DNA of 63,866 nt from Sulfuricurvum sp. (lineage in GTDB: Bacteria; Campylobacterota; Campylobacteria; Campylobacterales; Sulfurimonadaceae): the NCBI GenBank assembly GCA_022729795.1, contig DZBD01000002.1, positions 1 through 63,866 of the forward strand, given 5' to 3'. The notes beneath the pieces were generated by a model. That model ran no database searches, was not told the origin of the DNA, and saw only the letters and a program-made list of their open reading frames with translations. Of this stretch, positions 1 through 10,243 are shown piece by piece; the stretch's first letter is position 1, and the number at the start of each line of letters is the position of its first letter. The translations under genes were made by a program, and so were the position numbers.

Positions 1-65
1 TTTTTAATAAGCCCTCAGAACTATTCTTGTATAATCGCGCATTAAGTTCTCCAAGAAGGAATCCA

Positions 66-992
66 ATGCGTGGTTATAAAATTTTTTCCGGCTCGGCAAG
101 CGTAGATTTTGCAAATGAAGTTTGTCAAATTCTTGATGTTCCCTTAGCCAAGGCTGATGTAAAAAGGTTCAGCGACGGTGAGATATCCGTTCAGATTGCC
201 GAGAGTGTTCGTGGTCGTGATGTATTTATCATTCAATCAACCGGGGCACCCTCCAACGACAATTTAATGGAGCTTCTTATCATGACGGATGCCCTACGCC
301 GTTCATCGGCAGACAGTATTACAGCCGTTGTTCCTTACTACGGATATGGCAGACAAGACAGAAAAGCGGCACCTCGTGTACCTATTACTGCAAGACTTGT
401 TGCAGATATGTATGAAACAGCCGGCATAGACAGAGTGGTTACCATCGACTTGCATGCGGGACAAATTCAAGGATTTTTTAGTGTTCCTGTGGATAATCTT
501 TATGGCTCTATCACGTTTGAGAACTACATCAAAAGCAAAAATCTCAAAAATCCTATTATAGCTTCTCCGGATATCGGCGGCGTTTCACGTGCGCGTTATT
601 TTGCTTCACGTATGGGTCTTGAGATGGTTATCGTTGATAAACGCCGTGAAAAAGCGAATGAATCAGAGGTAATGAACATCATCGGTAATGTAGAGGGGCA
701 TGATGTCATTATCATTGATGATATGGTAGATACTGCCGGTACTATGATAAAAGCAGCCAGCGCATTGAAGAGCAAGGGTGCTACATCGGTTATGGCATGT
801 GCAACGCACGGTGTTCTTAGCGGAAAAGCTTACGAAAATTTAGAATACGGCGAACTTGATGAGCTTATCATCACAAATACCCTTGTGACAAAACCTCATC
901 CAAAAGTAATGGTACTCACTGTAGCGCCTCTTTTTGCAGAGGTTATACGCAGAGTGTATCACAATGAGAGTGTTAATTCACTTTTTGCATAA
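66..992 (+). CDS. prs: ribose-phosphate pyrophosphokinase
   Basis: Motifs FSDGE, RQDRK, DLHAGQIQGFF and DDMVDTAGT. ATG at 66 follows AAGGA at 56-60, so it is preferred to the ORF-track TTG at 27. TATAAT at 30-35. Confidence 0.97.
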   Translation: MRGYKIFSGSASVDFANEVCQILDVPLAKADVKRFSDGEISVQIAESVRGRDVFIIQSTGAPSNDNLMELLIMTDALRRSSADSITAVVPYYGYGRQDRKAAPRVPITARLVADMYETAGIDRVVTIDLHAGQIQGFFSVPVDNLYGSITFENYIKSKNLKNPIIASPDIGGVSRARYFASRMGLEMVIVDKRREKANESEVMNIIGNVEGHDVIIIDDMVDTAGTMIKAASALKSKGATSVMACATHGVLSGKAYENLEYGELDELIITNTLVTKPHPKVMVLTVAPLFAEVIRRVYHNESVNSLFA

Positions 993-1001
993 GGTACCTC
1001 A

Positions 1002-2792
1002 TTGAAAAACATTAGAAATTTTTCTATCATTGCGCATATCGACCATGGTAAAAGTACTTTAGCCGACCGTATTATTCAAGAATGCGGATCGGTTAGCGAA
1101 AGAGAACTTGGCAAGCAAATGATGGATACGATGGACATTGAAAAAGAGCGCGGTATTACCATTAAAGCGCAAAGTGTGAGACTTGATTATGTCAAAGACG
1201 GGCAACACTATATACTCAACCTTATCGATACTCCGGGGCATGTGGATTTCTCCTATGAAGTGAGCAAATCATTAGCTTCGAGTGATGGCGCACTGCTTAT
1301 CGTGGATGCAGCACAAGGTGTGGAAGCACAGACAATTGCGAATGTTTATCTCGCACTTGAGAACAACTTAGAACTCATCCCCGTTATCAATAAAATCGAC
1401 CTTCCCGCAGCAGATCCCGTAAAAGTAGCAGAGGAGATAGAAACAAGTATAGGAATAGATGCAACAGATGCTATTTTGGTATCAGCCAAAACAGGTGTCG
1501 GTATTCGCACGCTTCTTGATGCTATCGTTGAGAGGATACCCGCTCCAATTGGAGATGAAAAAGCTCCAACAAAGGCAATCATTTATGATTCTTGGTTTGA
1601 CCCGTATTTAGGTGCTCTAGGGCTTGTGCGCGTATTTGACGGTGAAATCAAAATAAACCAACTCGTAAGACTTATGAGTAACGGTGAAGAGCATCAGGTT
1701 CTTGATTTGATGTACCCTCACCCGCTTAAGCGCAAAAAAACCAATGTTATCAAAACAGGAGAAATTGGAATCGTTGTGCTCGGACTTAAAGAGGTTCACG
1801 TAGTCAATGTCGGAGACACTATTACCGATGCCAAAAACCCTACGGCAGAACCAGTTCTCAAATACGAACCTGCAAAACCTTTTGTATTTGCCGGACTCTA
1901 TCCGATAGATACGGATGAGTTTGAAGAGCTTCGTGATGCACTCGACAAACTCAAACTAAACGATAGCTCACTCTCTTATGAGCCTGAAACATCGGTGGCT
2001 CTTGGCTTTGGCTTTCGTGTAGGATTTCTTGGTATGCTTCATATGGAGGTTATCAAAGAGAGGTTAGAACGTGAATTTGATTTGGATCTCATCGCTACTG
2101 CGCCGTCCGTTGTATATCATGTTTTTTTAACAAACGGAGAGATGATTAATGTACAGAATCCCTCAGAACTCCCGCCTGTAAACCACATAGCACGTATAGA
2201 AGAGCCTTACGTAAAGGCAACAGTCATCACTCCGACAATCTATCTTGGAAATATTATGAATCTTTTGGTAAACAAAAGGGGGACTCAAGATAAAATGACC
2301 TATCTCAATGAAGACAGAGTTATGCTTGAATATTCCCTTCCTATGAATGAGATAGTTGTAGATTTTTACGATAAGCTCAAATCTATCTCCAAAGGCTATG
2401 CAAGTTTTGATTATGAACCAATTGATTTTCAAGAGGGTGATTTGGTAAAACTCGATGTGGTTGTAGCCGGCGATGTCGTAGATGCTTTAAGTATTATCGT
2501 TCACCGCTCTGCTGCGGATTCTCGTGGTCGTGCACTTGTAAAAAACATGAAAGAGATTGTTCCTCGTCAACTTTTTGAGGTGGCAATCCAAGCATCTTTG
2601 GGCAACAAAGTAATCGCAAGAGAAACAGTAAAATCTATGGGTAAAAACGTGACCGCCAAATGTTACGGCGGTGATATTACTCGAAAAAGAAAACTACTCG
2701 AAAAACAAAAAGCGGGTAAAAAAAGAATGAAGTCTATAGGAAAAGTACAGCTTCCCCAAGAGGCATTTATGTCCGTTTTAAAAATGGACTAA
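1002..2792 (+). CDS. lepA: elongation factor 4 (LepA)
   Basis: [23 protein letters not shown] and C-terminal [21 protein letters not shown] start. Confidence 0.98.
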   Translation: MKNIRNFSIIAHIDHGKSTLADRIIQECGSVSERELGKQMMDTMDIEKERGITIKAQSVRLDYVKDGQHYILNLIDTPGHVDFSYEVSKSLASSDGALLIVDAAQGVEAQTIANVYLALENNLELIPVINKIDLPAADPVKVAEEIETSIGIDATDAILVSAKTGVGIRTLLDAIVERIPAPIGDEKAPTKAIIYDSWFDPYLGALGLVRVFDGEIKINQLVRLMSNGEEHQVLDLMYPHPLKRKKTNVIKTGEIGIVVLGLKEVHVVNVGDTITDAKNPTAEPVLKYEPAKPFVFAGLYPIDTDEFEELRDALDKLKLNDSSLSYEPETSVALGFGFRVGFLGMLHMEVIKERLEREFDLDLIATAPSVVYHVFLTNGEMINVQNPSELPPVNHIARIEEPYVKATVITPTIYLGNIMNLLVNKRGTQDKMTYLNEDRVMLEYSLPMNEIVVDFYDKLKSISKGYASFDYEPIDFQEGDLVKLDVVVAGDVVDALSIIVHRSAADSRGRALVKNMKEIVPRQLFEVAIQASLGNKVIARETVKSMGKNVTAKCYGGDITRKRKLLEKQKAGKKRMKSIGKVQLPQEAFMSVLKMD

Positions 2793-2793
2793 A

Positions 2794-3369
2794 ATGCGAT
2801 GTATGTTGTGTGAGGGTTTATCTTTCACACATATATGTTCCACATGCCAAGAAACTTTTCTCTCTCCCTCTTTATATAAACGAAAAATTCTTCATAATAT
2901 CGAAGTACTCTCTTTTTATAAATACTCCCAAATCAAAGAACTCCTCCTTACAAAACATACTGATTTGGGCTACTATATCTATTCTATCTTGGCAAAAAAC
3001 AGTTTTGAAAAATTTACTCAAAATTTTGTATTTCCACATGCCGTGGTATCAATAGCCATAGACGACCATGTAAGAAGCGGCTATTCTCATACTGCAATTC
3101 TCAACAAGACACTTCAAAGCAGTTGTATCAAACCATTATATAATAAGCTCAGAGCCGAAAATGATATTTCTTATGCAGGAAAAAGCAGAGAGTTCAGATT
3201 GCTTCATCCACGAAAATTTCAGCTTAAGCGCTTTAGTGAAGAGGATGTTATTCTAGTGGATGATATAATTACAACAGGATTTACACTCGGCGAAGCTGTC
3301 AATGCAATGCGCCAAGCGGGAAAAAATGTCCTTTTTTGTATCACCTTGGCCGATGCAAGTTTGAAATAA
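2794..3369 (+). CDS. comF: ComF-family competence protein (zinc finger plus phosphoribosyltransferase domain)
   Basis: N-terminal CxxC-x7-CxxC (CMLC...CSTC) and PRT motif VILVDDIITTGFTL. Confidence 0.85.
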   Translation: MRCMLCEGLSFTHICSTCQETFLSPSLYKRKILHNIEVLSFYKYSQIKELLLTKHTDLGYYIYSILAKNSFEKFTQNFVFPHAVVSIAIDDHVRSGYSHTAILNKTLQSSCIKPLYNKLRAENDISYAGKSREFRLLHPRKFQLKRFSEEDVILVDDIITTGFTLGEAVNAMRQAGKNVLFCITLADASLK

Positions 3370-3387
3370 TTATCACAAAGGAAAACT

Positions 3388-3825
3388 TTGAAAAAACTAC
3401 TTTTATTTTTTATGCCTCTGTTTCTTTGTGCTCAAATGATTCAAATTGGAGACACGATAATCCCCGTGACTCTTAAATCCCAACATGATAAAGAATATAG
3501 TTTGGTAAAAGACGGCATGTGGATTATCACGTGGGATAAAGAAACAACAGCTATTGCCAATGAATATTTTGAAAACGCTCCGTTAGCCGAAAATGTCAAC
3601 TTGTTGGTAGATGTTTCCCAAATCCCCTCAGGAATCTTAAACCTCTTCGTACTACCGCGTATGAAAAAATACCGCCACCCTATTTTGCTTAGCTATGATG
3701 AAGCCTATAATGTGACTCTTCCTTATCAAGAAGAGAATCTCACTCTATTAAGCGTCAAAAACGGTATTCTTACAAAGATTGAATATGTCAAAAATCAAGA
3801 GGAGCTAGAAAAGCTTTTGAAGTAA
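3388..3825 (+). CDS. exported hypothetical protein
   Basis: Signal-peptide-like N-terminus (MKKLLLFFMPLFLCA) and AAGGA RBS. Family not recognised with certainty. Confidence 0.7.
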   Translation: MKKLLLFFMPLFLCAQMIQIGDTIIPVTLKSQHDKEYSLVKDGMWIITWDKETTAIANEYFENAPLAENVNLLVDVSQIPSGILNLFVLPRMKKYRHPILLSYDEAYNVTLPYQEENLTLLSVKNGILTKIEYVKNQEELEKLLK

Positions 3826-5775
3826 CTTTCCAACTTCTTGTTGTATCGCCTCGCCCGCTTGAGACTTCATAAGTTTCTCTAAATCTATTGAGATTTTGGG
3901 TGATGTTACCTCACCCCTGAGCGTCGCCGTAATTGGGCTTTTATTCGCTACAAGCGTTACTGTTGCGTCCATCTGCTTTGTTTTGGAATTCAATTTCGCA
4001 TCTTTTGTCGTGATAGAAGAGGTGTTGGATTTCAAATCGAGCGAAGCTACGATATTTTCTTTGTTGCTTGCCGCACTCAACTCACCTTCAAACTTTTCTA
4101 TGTACATATCCACTTTTACATACTGTTTTACCAAGTCTAACATTTGGCTTTTTACAAATTTTCCATCCGTTAAATGAGCTTGAAGAGTTCCTTTTTGTTG
4201 CATCAAATTATAGGATAGTTTGCCGTCAAGTGTTGATTTAAAAACTTCAGGATAGATGAGTATATTTAAAATATCAAGCGTTTGCAAGCTATGCAAGTCT
4301 GCTCTAAAATCATCATTATGGAGTGTCGCATCAATATCTCCGCCTGCAACTTTGGAGCGGACACTTAAATCTAAATCTTTTGCTTTTTGGAATTCACCCT
4401 CGGCGCTTATTCCTCCGCGCATATGTCTTTGCGTCAGAAAATAAAGCTTATCCAAACTAGAGATTTGTATTTTATAGTCGCTTTTTAAAGAGCCGTCTTT
4501 GAGGTTGAATCTGACTCTGTTACTATCGAATTTTAAAAGACTTGATTCTAAAGCAAGCTTTGTATCGACAATATCACCGCTAAGAACCGTGTGCGCAGTT
4601 GAGTGAAAAGTTGTTGTAGGCATAGGACTTGTAAACCCATACGTTTGTGTTATATATTGCGAATCAAGGAGACCGTTTTTTACATTTGTATTGACAATTC
4701 CTTGCAAACTACCGCCCGACATCTCTGATATATCAGCATCCAAAAATAAAACTCCATCTGTATAATGTGGCTGTTTGCTCATGTAAAGCAGTTTTGAAAT
4801 TTGCATATTTTTTATATTTGCTTTGATTTTGTCCGGCTTAAACTCTTTCAAAACAGCTTCAAATATTGTATCTGATGATGCCAAATCACTTTGCCCATCT
4901 ATCACTAAATGTGACTTATCACCTTTTATTTTGCCCTCAATTCGTAACGCACCCCTAATATCTGCCCCTAGAAGAGGTTTTAAAACGGCAAGTTCTTGTA
5001 TGTTGAGTGCATATTTAGCATCTGCCTTAAAAGGCTCAGGCATAATTTTTCCCGAAGATGTGATATTGGCAAGATTTGAGCTGAGAATGTATGTATAGTC
5101 CACATCGTCACCTTTGAGTTTTGCATCAAGATTCATAGCAAAATCTGTTTTTACCAGCTTTGTGGCCATTTTACCTTTTTGAGTCTCTAGTGAAATAGTA
5201 CCGTTCATGGCATGTGGAGTGATATCCGTAAAATAAATATCCAAATTTACATCTGCATCTGCATACGCTTTTTCTCCTATCATATGAAGCAATAAAGCCA
5301 GTTGTGCTTTTTGAACCTTCGCTTTTATTGATACAGGATGAAAATCATTAAGCTTCACATGGTAGCTAGTATCGCTATGTGCCAAATCACTTACACCGGC
5401 GATATCTATCAAATGCAAATCTCCACAAACCGTTCCGCTTGTATGAAAGTTACCGCTCACAGGTACTTTTACAAAATTTTGCAAAGCTTGAAGATTGTCT
5501 ATTTTGAGTTTATAAGAGATATTAAAATCTTGTAAAAAAAGAGAATATTTACCATTGAAAGAGATGCTGTTATTGCTATCTAACTCTAAAACAATATCAA
5601 AATCACTCATATTTAGATGAAATGTACTGAGTTTACTCTCTAATTTTGTTTGTTTTTGTATCTCTTTTTCTAGTATCGGTCCAATAATGCTATTCCCAAA
5701 AGATGTAAACACAATAACATAAACCACAGCCAATAGTGCTACCAAAACTGTACCAAACCAAGCTAAATACTTCAT
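3805..5775 (-). CDS. membrane-anchored periplasmic beta-rich protein (AsmA/TamB-like)
   Basis: Single N-terminal TM helix, then repeated beta-strand-rich segments (GxSDLAxSDT occurs twice) and an AsmA-like C-terminus (ATLRGEVTSPKISIDL). Confidence 0.65.
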   Translation of the reverse strand: MKYLAWFGTVLVALLAVVYVIVFTSFGNSIIGPILEKEIQKQTKLESKLSTFHLNMSDFDIVLELDSNNSISFNGKYSLFLQDFNISYKLKIDNLQALQNFVKVPVSGNFHTSGTVCGDLHLIDIAGVSDLAHSDTSYHVKLNDFHPVSIKAKVQKAQLALLLHMIGEKAYADADVNLDIYFTDITPHAMNGTISLETQKGKMATKLVKTDFAMNLDAKLKGDDVDYTYILSSNLANITSSGKIMPEPFKADAKYALNIQELAVLKPLLGADIRGALRIEGKIKGDKSHLVIDGQSDLASSDTIFEAVLKEFKPDKIKANIKNMQISKLLYMSKQPHYTDGVLFLDADISEMSGGSLQGIVNTNVKNGLLDSQYITQTYGFTSPMPTTTFHSTAHTVLSGDIVDTKLALESSLLKFDSNRVRFNLKDGSLKSDYKIQISSLDKLYFLTQRHMRGGISAEGEFQKAKDLDLSVRSKVAGGDIDATLHNDDFRADLHSLQTLDILNILIYPEVFKSTLDGKLSYNLMQQKGTLQAHLTDGKFVKSQMLDLVKQYVKVDMYIEKFEGELSAASNKENIVASLDLKSNTSSITTKDAKLNSKTKQMDATVTLVANKSPITATLRGEVTSPKISIDLEKLMKSQAGEAIQQEVGKLLQKLF

Positions 5776-5850
5776 TCAAATCTCCTAAAATCACGAGATA
5801 TAATAGTACTCAAACTTTCTTAAATAAGAATAAGAGAAAATAGATACGAA

Positions 5851-5871
5851 CTTGATATGGATAGACTAAAC
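5851..5871. promoter_or_regulatory. HAIR-like (HspR operator) site, distal
   Basis: CTTGATA-N7-ACTAAAC resembles the HAIR consensus CTTGAGT-N7-ACTCAAG and lies upstream of grpE-dnaK. Confidence 0.5.
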
Positions 5872-5899
5872 TAAACTTATACATTTAACTCATATATTA

Positions 5900-5929
5900 C
5901 TTGACATTGTTACACTCAATATGTATAAT
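5900..5929 (+). promoter_or_regulatory. sigma70 promoter of grpE-dnaK overlapped by a HAIR-like operator
   Basis: TTGACA (5901-5906), 17 bp spacer, TATAAT (5924-5929). CTTGACA-N7-ACTCAAT (5900-5920) matches HAIR geometry. Confidence 0.75.
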
Positions 5930-5967
5930 ATCGCCAACTTTTGAAAAAGAAGGAGTCAATTACTATT

Positions 5968-6522
5968 ATGTCTAAAGAAGAAATAGAAAAAGAACCTCTC
6001 ATAAATGAAGAGGAAAATATAGAAATAAAAATGGATGAGGCACAAGCGGAAGCAGTTGCTGTAGAAAATGAGTTTGATCTTCTACAAAATGAGCTTTTAA
6101 CTTTAAAAGATAAATATGCGCGCGTTCATGCTGATTTTGACAACATCAAAAAAAGATTAGAACGGGAAAAATATACGGCAGTCGATTATGCAAATGAAAA
6201 ATTTGCTAAAGATATGATTCCGGTTATGGATTCACTTCAAGGTGCGATGAATTCAGCCAATACCGGAGCAGATAAAGCTGAACTTTTTGACAAGCTGAAA
6301 GAGGGAATAGAATTAACTCAAAAACAACTCATTACCGCTTTGGAGCGACATGGCGTAAGCATGGTTTCTCATGATGAACCTTTTGATCCCAACATCCACA
6401 ATGCTATTCAAAGCGTAGACAGTGAGACGGTTGAAAGCGGTCAAATTGTTCAAACGTTTCAAACAGGCTATAAATATAAAGAAAGACCTTTGCGTGAAGC
6501 AATGGTAGTAGTTGCGAACTAA
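5968..6522 (+). CDS. grpE: nucleotide exchange factor GrpE
   Basis: ADFDNIKKR, FDPNIHNA and GYKYKERPLREAMVVV. ATG at 5968 follows AAGGAG. Confidence 0.96.
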   Translation: MSKEEIEKEPLINEEENIEIKMDEAQAEAVAVENEFDLLQNELLTLKDKYARVHADFDNIKKRLEREKYTAVDYANEKFAKDMIPVMDSLQGAMNSANTGADKAELFDKLKEGIELTQKQLITALERHGVSMVSHDEPFDPNIHNAIQSVDSETVESGQIVQTFQTGYKYKERPLREAMVVVAN

Positions 6523-6564
6523 TTCGCCAATAATATAAACTAAATAGAATTAAGGAATAAAATT

Positions 6565-8448
6565 ATGAGTAAAGTAATAGGTATAGATTTAGGAACAACA
6601 AATTCATGTGTAGCAGTATATGAGGGCGGGGAAGCGAAAATCATCCCAAATAAAGAGGGTAAAAATACAACTCCTTCCGTAGTTGCTTTTACAGATAAAG
6701 GTGATGTTTTAGTCGGTGACCCTGCGAAACGTCAAGCAATCACAAATCCAAACAAAACTATCTCTTCAATCAAGAGAATCATGGGTCTTATGATGAGCGA
6801 AGAAAATGCCAAAGCGGCTCACGATAAAGTAACATACAATATCGTGGATAAAGACGGTATGGCTGCAGTAGACGTAGCGGGTAAAATCTACACTCCACAA
6901 GAGATTTCAGCAAAAATTCTTAGCAAGCTTAAAGAAGATGCGGAAGCGTATTTAGGTTCGACCGTAAGTGACGCCGTTATTACAGTTCCTGCGTACTTCA
7001 ACGATGCACAAAGAAAGGCTACAAAAGATGCCGGAACAATCGCCGGACTCAATGTTTTACGTATCATTAATGAGCCGACTGCTTCTGCACTTGCTTATGG
7101 TTTAGAGAGCAAAGCGGAAGAAAATGTACTTGTATATGACCTAGGCGGCGGAACATTTGACGTTACGGTTTTAGAGATTTCTGACGGTACTTTCGAAGTT
7201 CTCTCAACAGACGGAAATGCATTCTTAGGCGGAGACGACTTTGACAACAAAATCGTAGATTATTTGAATGCAGAATTCAAAAATACGCACGGTATAGATC
7301 TTAAAAATGACAAAATGGCCTTGCAACGTCTTAAAGATGCTGCAGAAAACGCTAAAAAAGAGCTTTCAAGTTCCACAGAAACAGAGATCAACTTACCGTT
7401 TATCACTATGACGGAAGCAGGACCGCAACACCTTGTTATCAAGCTTACTCGTGCAAAATTTGAAGGGATGATCGATTCTTTAATCAAAGAAACGATTGAT
7501 CATATCAAAACAGCAATGAAAGAATCCGGTTTAGACAAAGATGATATCAAAGAAATTATCATGGTGGGCGGTTCTATCCGTGTTCCTAAAGCACAAGAGA
7601 TGGTTTCAGCTTATTTCGGTGGCAAAAAACTCAACAAAAGTGTAAATCCTGATGAAGTTGTAGCCGCCGGTGCTGCTATTCAAGGCGGTGTATTACGTGG
7701 AGATGTTAAAGATGTTCTTCTTTTAGATGTCACACCTTTATCTCTGGGTATTGAAACTTTAGGCGGTGTTGCTACAAAAATTATCGAAAAAGGGACAACA
7801 ATCCCTGTGAAAAAATCTCAAGTTTTCTCAACTGCAGAAGATAACCAGCCGGCCGTATCTATCTCAGTTGTTCAAGGCGAGAGAGAATTTGCAAAAGACA
7901 ACAAATCTTTAGGTCTTTTTGAGCTAGGAAATATTGCCGCTGCGCCAAGAGGCGTTCCTCAAATCGAAGTTACTTTTGATATCGATGCAAACGGTATTTT
8001 AACTGTAAGCTCCACAGATAAAGGAACCGGCAAATCTCAGTCTATTACAATCAGCGGTAGTTCAGGGCTTAGCGAAGAAGAGATTAACAAAATGGTTCAA
8101 GATGCCGAGTCTCACAAAGCAGAAGATTCAAAAAGAAGAGCTATTGTTGACCTTAAAAATCAAGCAGATGCCCTTATTGCTCAAACTGAAAAATCCTTGG
8201 GTGAAATCGGCGAAAAAATTTCTGCTGAGGAAAAAGCAAATATTGAAACTGCTATTACCGAGCTCAAAGATACTCTGAAAAATGAAAATTCTACAAAAGA
8301 ACAAATCGAAGCAAAAGTAAAAACTTTGACGGAAGCAAGCCACAAAATGGCAGAACAGATGTACAAAAAAGATGAATCGGGCGAATCCGAACAAGCAGAT
8401 ACTAAAAAGAAAAAAGAAGAAGACGTAATAGACGCTGAAATAGAATAA
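6565..8448 (+). CDS. dnaK: chaperone DnaK
   Basis: [25 protein letters not shown] and [16 protein letters not shown]. Confidence 0.99.
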   Translation: MSKVIGIDLGTTNSCVAVYEGGEAKIIPNKEGKNTTPSVVAFTDKGDVLVGDPAKRQAITNPNKTISSIKRIMGLMMSEENAKAAHDKVTYNIVDKDGMAAVDVAGKIYTPQEISAKILSKLKEDAEAYLGSTVSDAVITVPAYFNDAQRKATKDAGTIAGLNVLRIINEPTASALAYGLESKAEENVLVYDLGGGTFDVTVLEISDGTFEVLSTDGNAFLGGDDFDNKIVDYLNAEFKNTHGIDLKNDKMALQRLKDAAENAKKELSSSTETEINLPFITMTEAGPQHLVIKLTRAKFEGMIDSLIKETIDHIKTAMKESGLDKDDIKEIIMVGGSIRVPKAQEMVSAYFGGKKLNKSVNPDEVVAAGAAIQGGVLRGDVKDVLLLDVTPLSLGIETLGGVATKIIEKGTTIPVKKSQVFSTAEDNQPAVSISVVQGEREFAKDNKSLGLFELGNIAAAPRGVPQIEVTFDIDANGILTVSSTDKGTGKSQSITISGSSGLSEEEINKMVQDAESHKAEDSKRRAIVDLKNQADALIAQTEKSLGEIGEKISAEEKANIETAITELKDTLKNENSTKEQIEAKVKTLTEASHKMAEQMYKKDESGESEQADTKKKKEEDVIDAEIE

Positions 8449-8460
8449 GCTCTACCCCAT

Positions 8461-8498
8461 TTCCACATGCCGAGATGTTTTATTCTTGGCATGTGGAA
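8461..8498. terminator. probable bidirectional terminator hairpin formed by an inverted pair of the TTCCACATGCC motif
   Basis: TTCCACATGCCGAGA, 8-nt loop, TCTTGGCATGTGGAA: a 15-bp stem with one G.T pair, between convergent stops at 8448 and 8501. Confidence 0.85.
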
Positions 8499-8500
8499 TT

Positions 8501-9604
8501 CTAAATCTCCTGAAGAAGCCACCCTTTTATTATTTCCATCTTTGTTTTATTTAAGCCCTTTGCAATCCCTTGCTCAAGCTCTATTTTTTTAATATTAGAA
8601 TTATATATACTCAAAAAATCATCGATATTCTCAAAAAAGATATCTATGAGTTGTGGATCAAAGTGGACACCGCGCATCTCTTTCATAAAGCTAAGTACCT
8701 CGGATTCGCTCCATCCATGCTTGTAAGCTCTACGAAATAGCAAGGCATCAAACACATCTGCAATCGCCACAATACGCCCGTAAATATGTATCTCTTCCCC
8801 TTTGAGCTTCTTGGGATATCCTGTTCCGTTGTACTTTTCGTGATGCTGCATACAAACAATTGTAGCGATTTTAAAAAGTGGCAATTCAGAATGCTGAAGC
8901 ATTCCGGCTCCGATTGAGGCATGCTCTTGAATCTCTTTATATTCTTTTTTATCCAAAGCGGTATTTTTGTGTAGGACACTCTCTCGAACTCCTAACTTAC
9001 CGATATCATGCAAAGAAGAGGCATCTTTAAGCTGCAATGCCTCTTCTTGGGGCATGCCGTATAGTATTGCCAATCTATACGTAAATTCTGCAACTCTTCT
9101 CACATGAAGATAGGTCTCAGGCGAATGCCCTTCGGCAATACCGCCAAGCGTAATCATAAGCTGCACTTGCGTGGCATAAATATCTTTTGTTCTCTCTTGC
9201 ACTTTATACTCAAGATTTTTTTCATAGTCTCGTAGTTTCAGCCTTGATTCTATGCGTGCCAAGAGTTCTTCTTTAAAAAAGGGCTTTCTAATATAATCAC
9301 TGCCACCTACATTATATGCTTTTGTGAGAGTGTTTTTGTCATCGCTTGCCGTAATAAATATCACAGGAATAGATGCCGTTTTTGGTTCAACTTTTAAATA
9401 TCTGCATGTTTCTAAGCCACCCATAATAGGCATCATTATATCCATCAATATTAAGTCGAAATCTTCCTCTTTGCTTATTCGTAGAGCAGTCAGTCCATCA
9501 CGTGCAATTTTTGTTTGATACCCTGCACTGTCGAGCATATTTACCACGATTTTGATATTTTCTTCTATATCATCTACGACTAGAATTGTATATTTGTTAT
9601 TCAT
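8501..9604 (-). CDS. response regulator with HD-GYP c-di-GMP phosphodiesterase domain
   Basis: REC domain (ILVVDD, LMDIMMP, KPF) followed by HDIGK and HHEKYNGTGYP. Confidence 0.92.
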   Translation of the reverse strand: MNNKYTILVVDDIEENIKIVVNMLDSAGYQTKIARDGLTALRISKEEDFDLILMDIMMPIMGGLETCRYLKVEPKTASIPVIFITASDDKNTLTKAYNVGGSDYIRKPFFKEELLARIESRLKLRDYEKNLEYKVQERTKDIYATQVQLMITLGGIAEGHSPETYLHVRRVAEFTYRLAILYGMPQEEALQLKDASSLHDIGKLGVRESVLHKNTALDKKEYKEIQEHASIGAGMLQHSELPLFKIATIVCMQHHEKYNGTGYPKKLKGEEIHIYGRIVAIADVFDALLFRRAYKHGWSESEVLSFMKEMRGVHFDPQLIDIFFENIDDFLSIYNSNIKKIELEQGIAKGLNKTKMEIIKGWLLQEI

Positions 9605-9643
9605 TATAATTATCTAAAAACCTTTTACTTTTTTTATGCATTA

Positions 9644-10150
9644 CTACTTCTTATAGTGTTTAAAGTCTTCTTTTGCTATTTCTCGCGCATGATTGAAATC
9701 CATAATTTCTCCACCGTTTTGTGATTGAAATTTTTCAGCATCCTCTAAATTTAAAAAAGCATATTTACTTATCTTACTCATTGTTCCTTTTTTACTGCTT
9801 CCTACTACATAATGAGCATCTGCAACACTAATAAATTTTAAAGAGCCAAGATCTACTACACGAGGATTTTTAAGTTCTATCCCCTCTCCCAAATGCTCTT
9901 CAAGGCAATGTAAAGAACAATATTGATAATTTTTACCCTTGTAAACTGCAGCATGACTGGTTTTGTAAAACTTTACCAAATCCATACCGCATCGGACACA
10001 ATACCTTTTCTCTTTACCCTCTTGAACGAGTATCGCATCTTTTTCACTCACCGACTGAAACATACCTGAAGACATTTGCATATTTTTTTGGGTACTACAA
10101 CCGCTAAACAACAAAAAAACGAGCATACTTGCTATAAATTTTAACATCAT
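9644..10150 (-). CDS. NosL-family lipoprotein
   Basis: Lipobox LFSGC, then CVRCGM, CSLHCL, YVVGS..KGTM and AEKF...NGG. Start re-called at ATG 10150. Confidence 0.78.
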   Translation of the reverse strand: MMLKFIASMLVFLLFSGCSTQKNMQMSSGMFQSVSEKDAILVQEGKEKRYCVRCGMDLVKFYKTSHAAVYKGKNYQYCSLHCLEEHLGEGIELKNPRVVDLGSLKFISVADAHYVVGSSKKGTMSKISKYAFLNLEDAEKFQSQNGGEIMDFNHAREIAKEDFKHYKK

Positions 10151-10243
10151 AAACCCTACTATTGAATTCAAAATAGTATCATTAATTTGTTAGATGAACA
10201 TTAAAGAGACTATAATTAAATGAAATAAATCAATGGAGATTCG

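Noticed and set aside
8496-8501. GAATTC (RAATTY, the C. jejuni methylation-dependent uptake signal) abutting motif copies at 8496 and 53945
   Set aside because: Only two cases were noticed, which is expected given the motif's GGAA end and AT-rich flanks.
8181-8522. Short antisense or alternate-frame ORFs in the track (e.g. 8181..8522, 29470..29859, 38462..38992, 57314..57643)
   Set aside because: They overlap well-supported genes on the opposite strand or frame and show no recognisable motifs, so they are treated as shadow ORFs.
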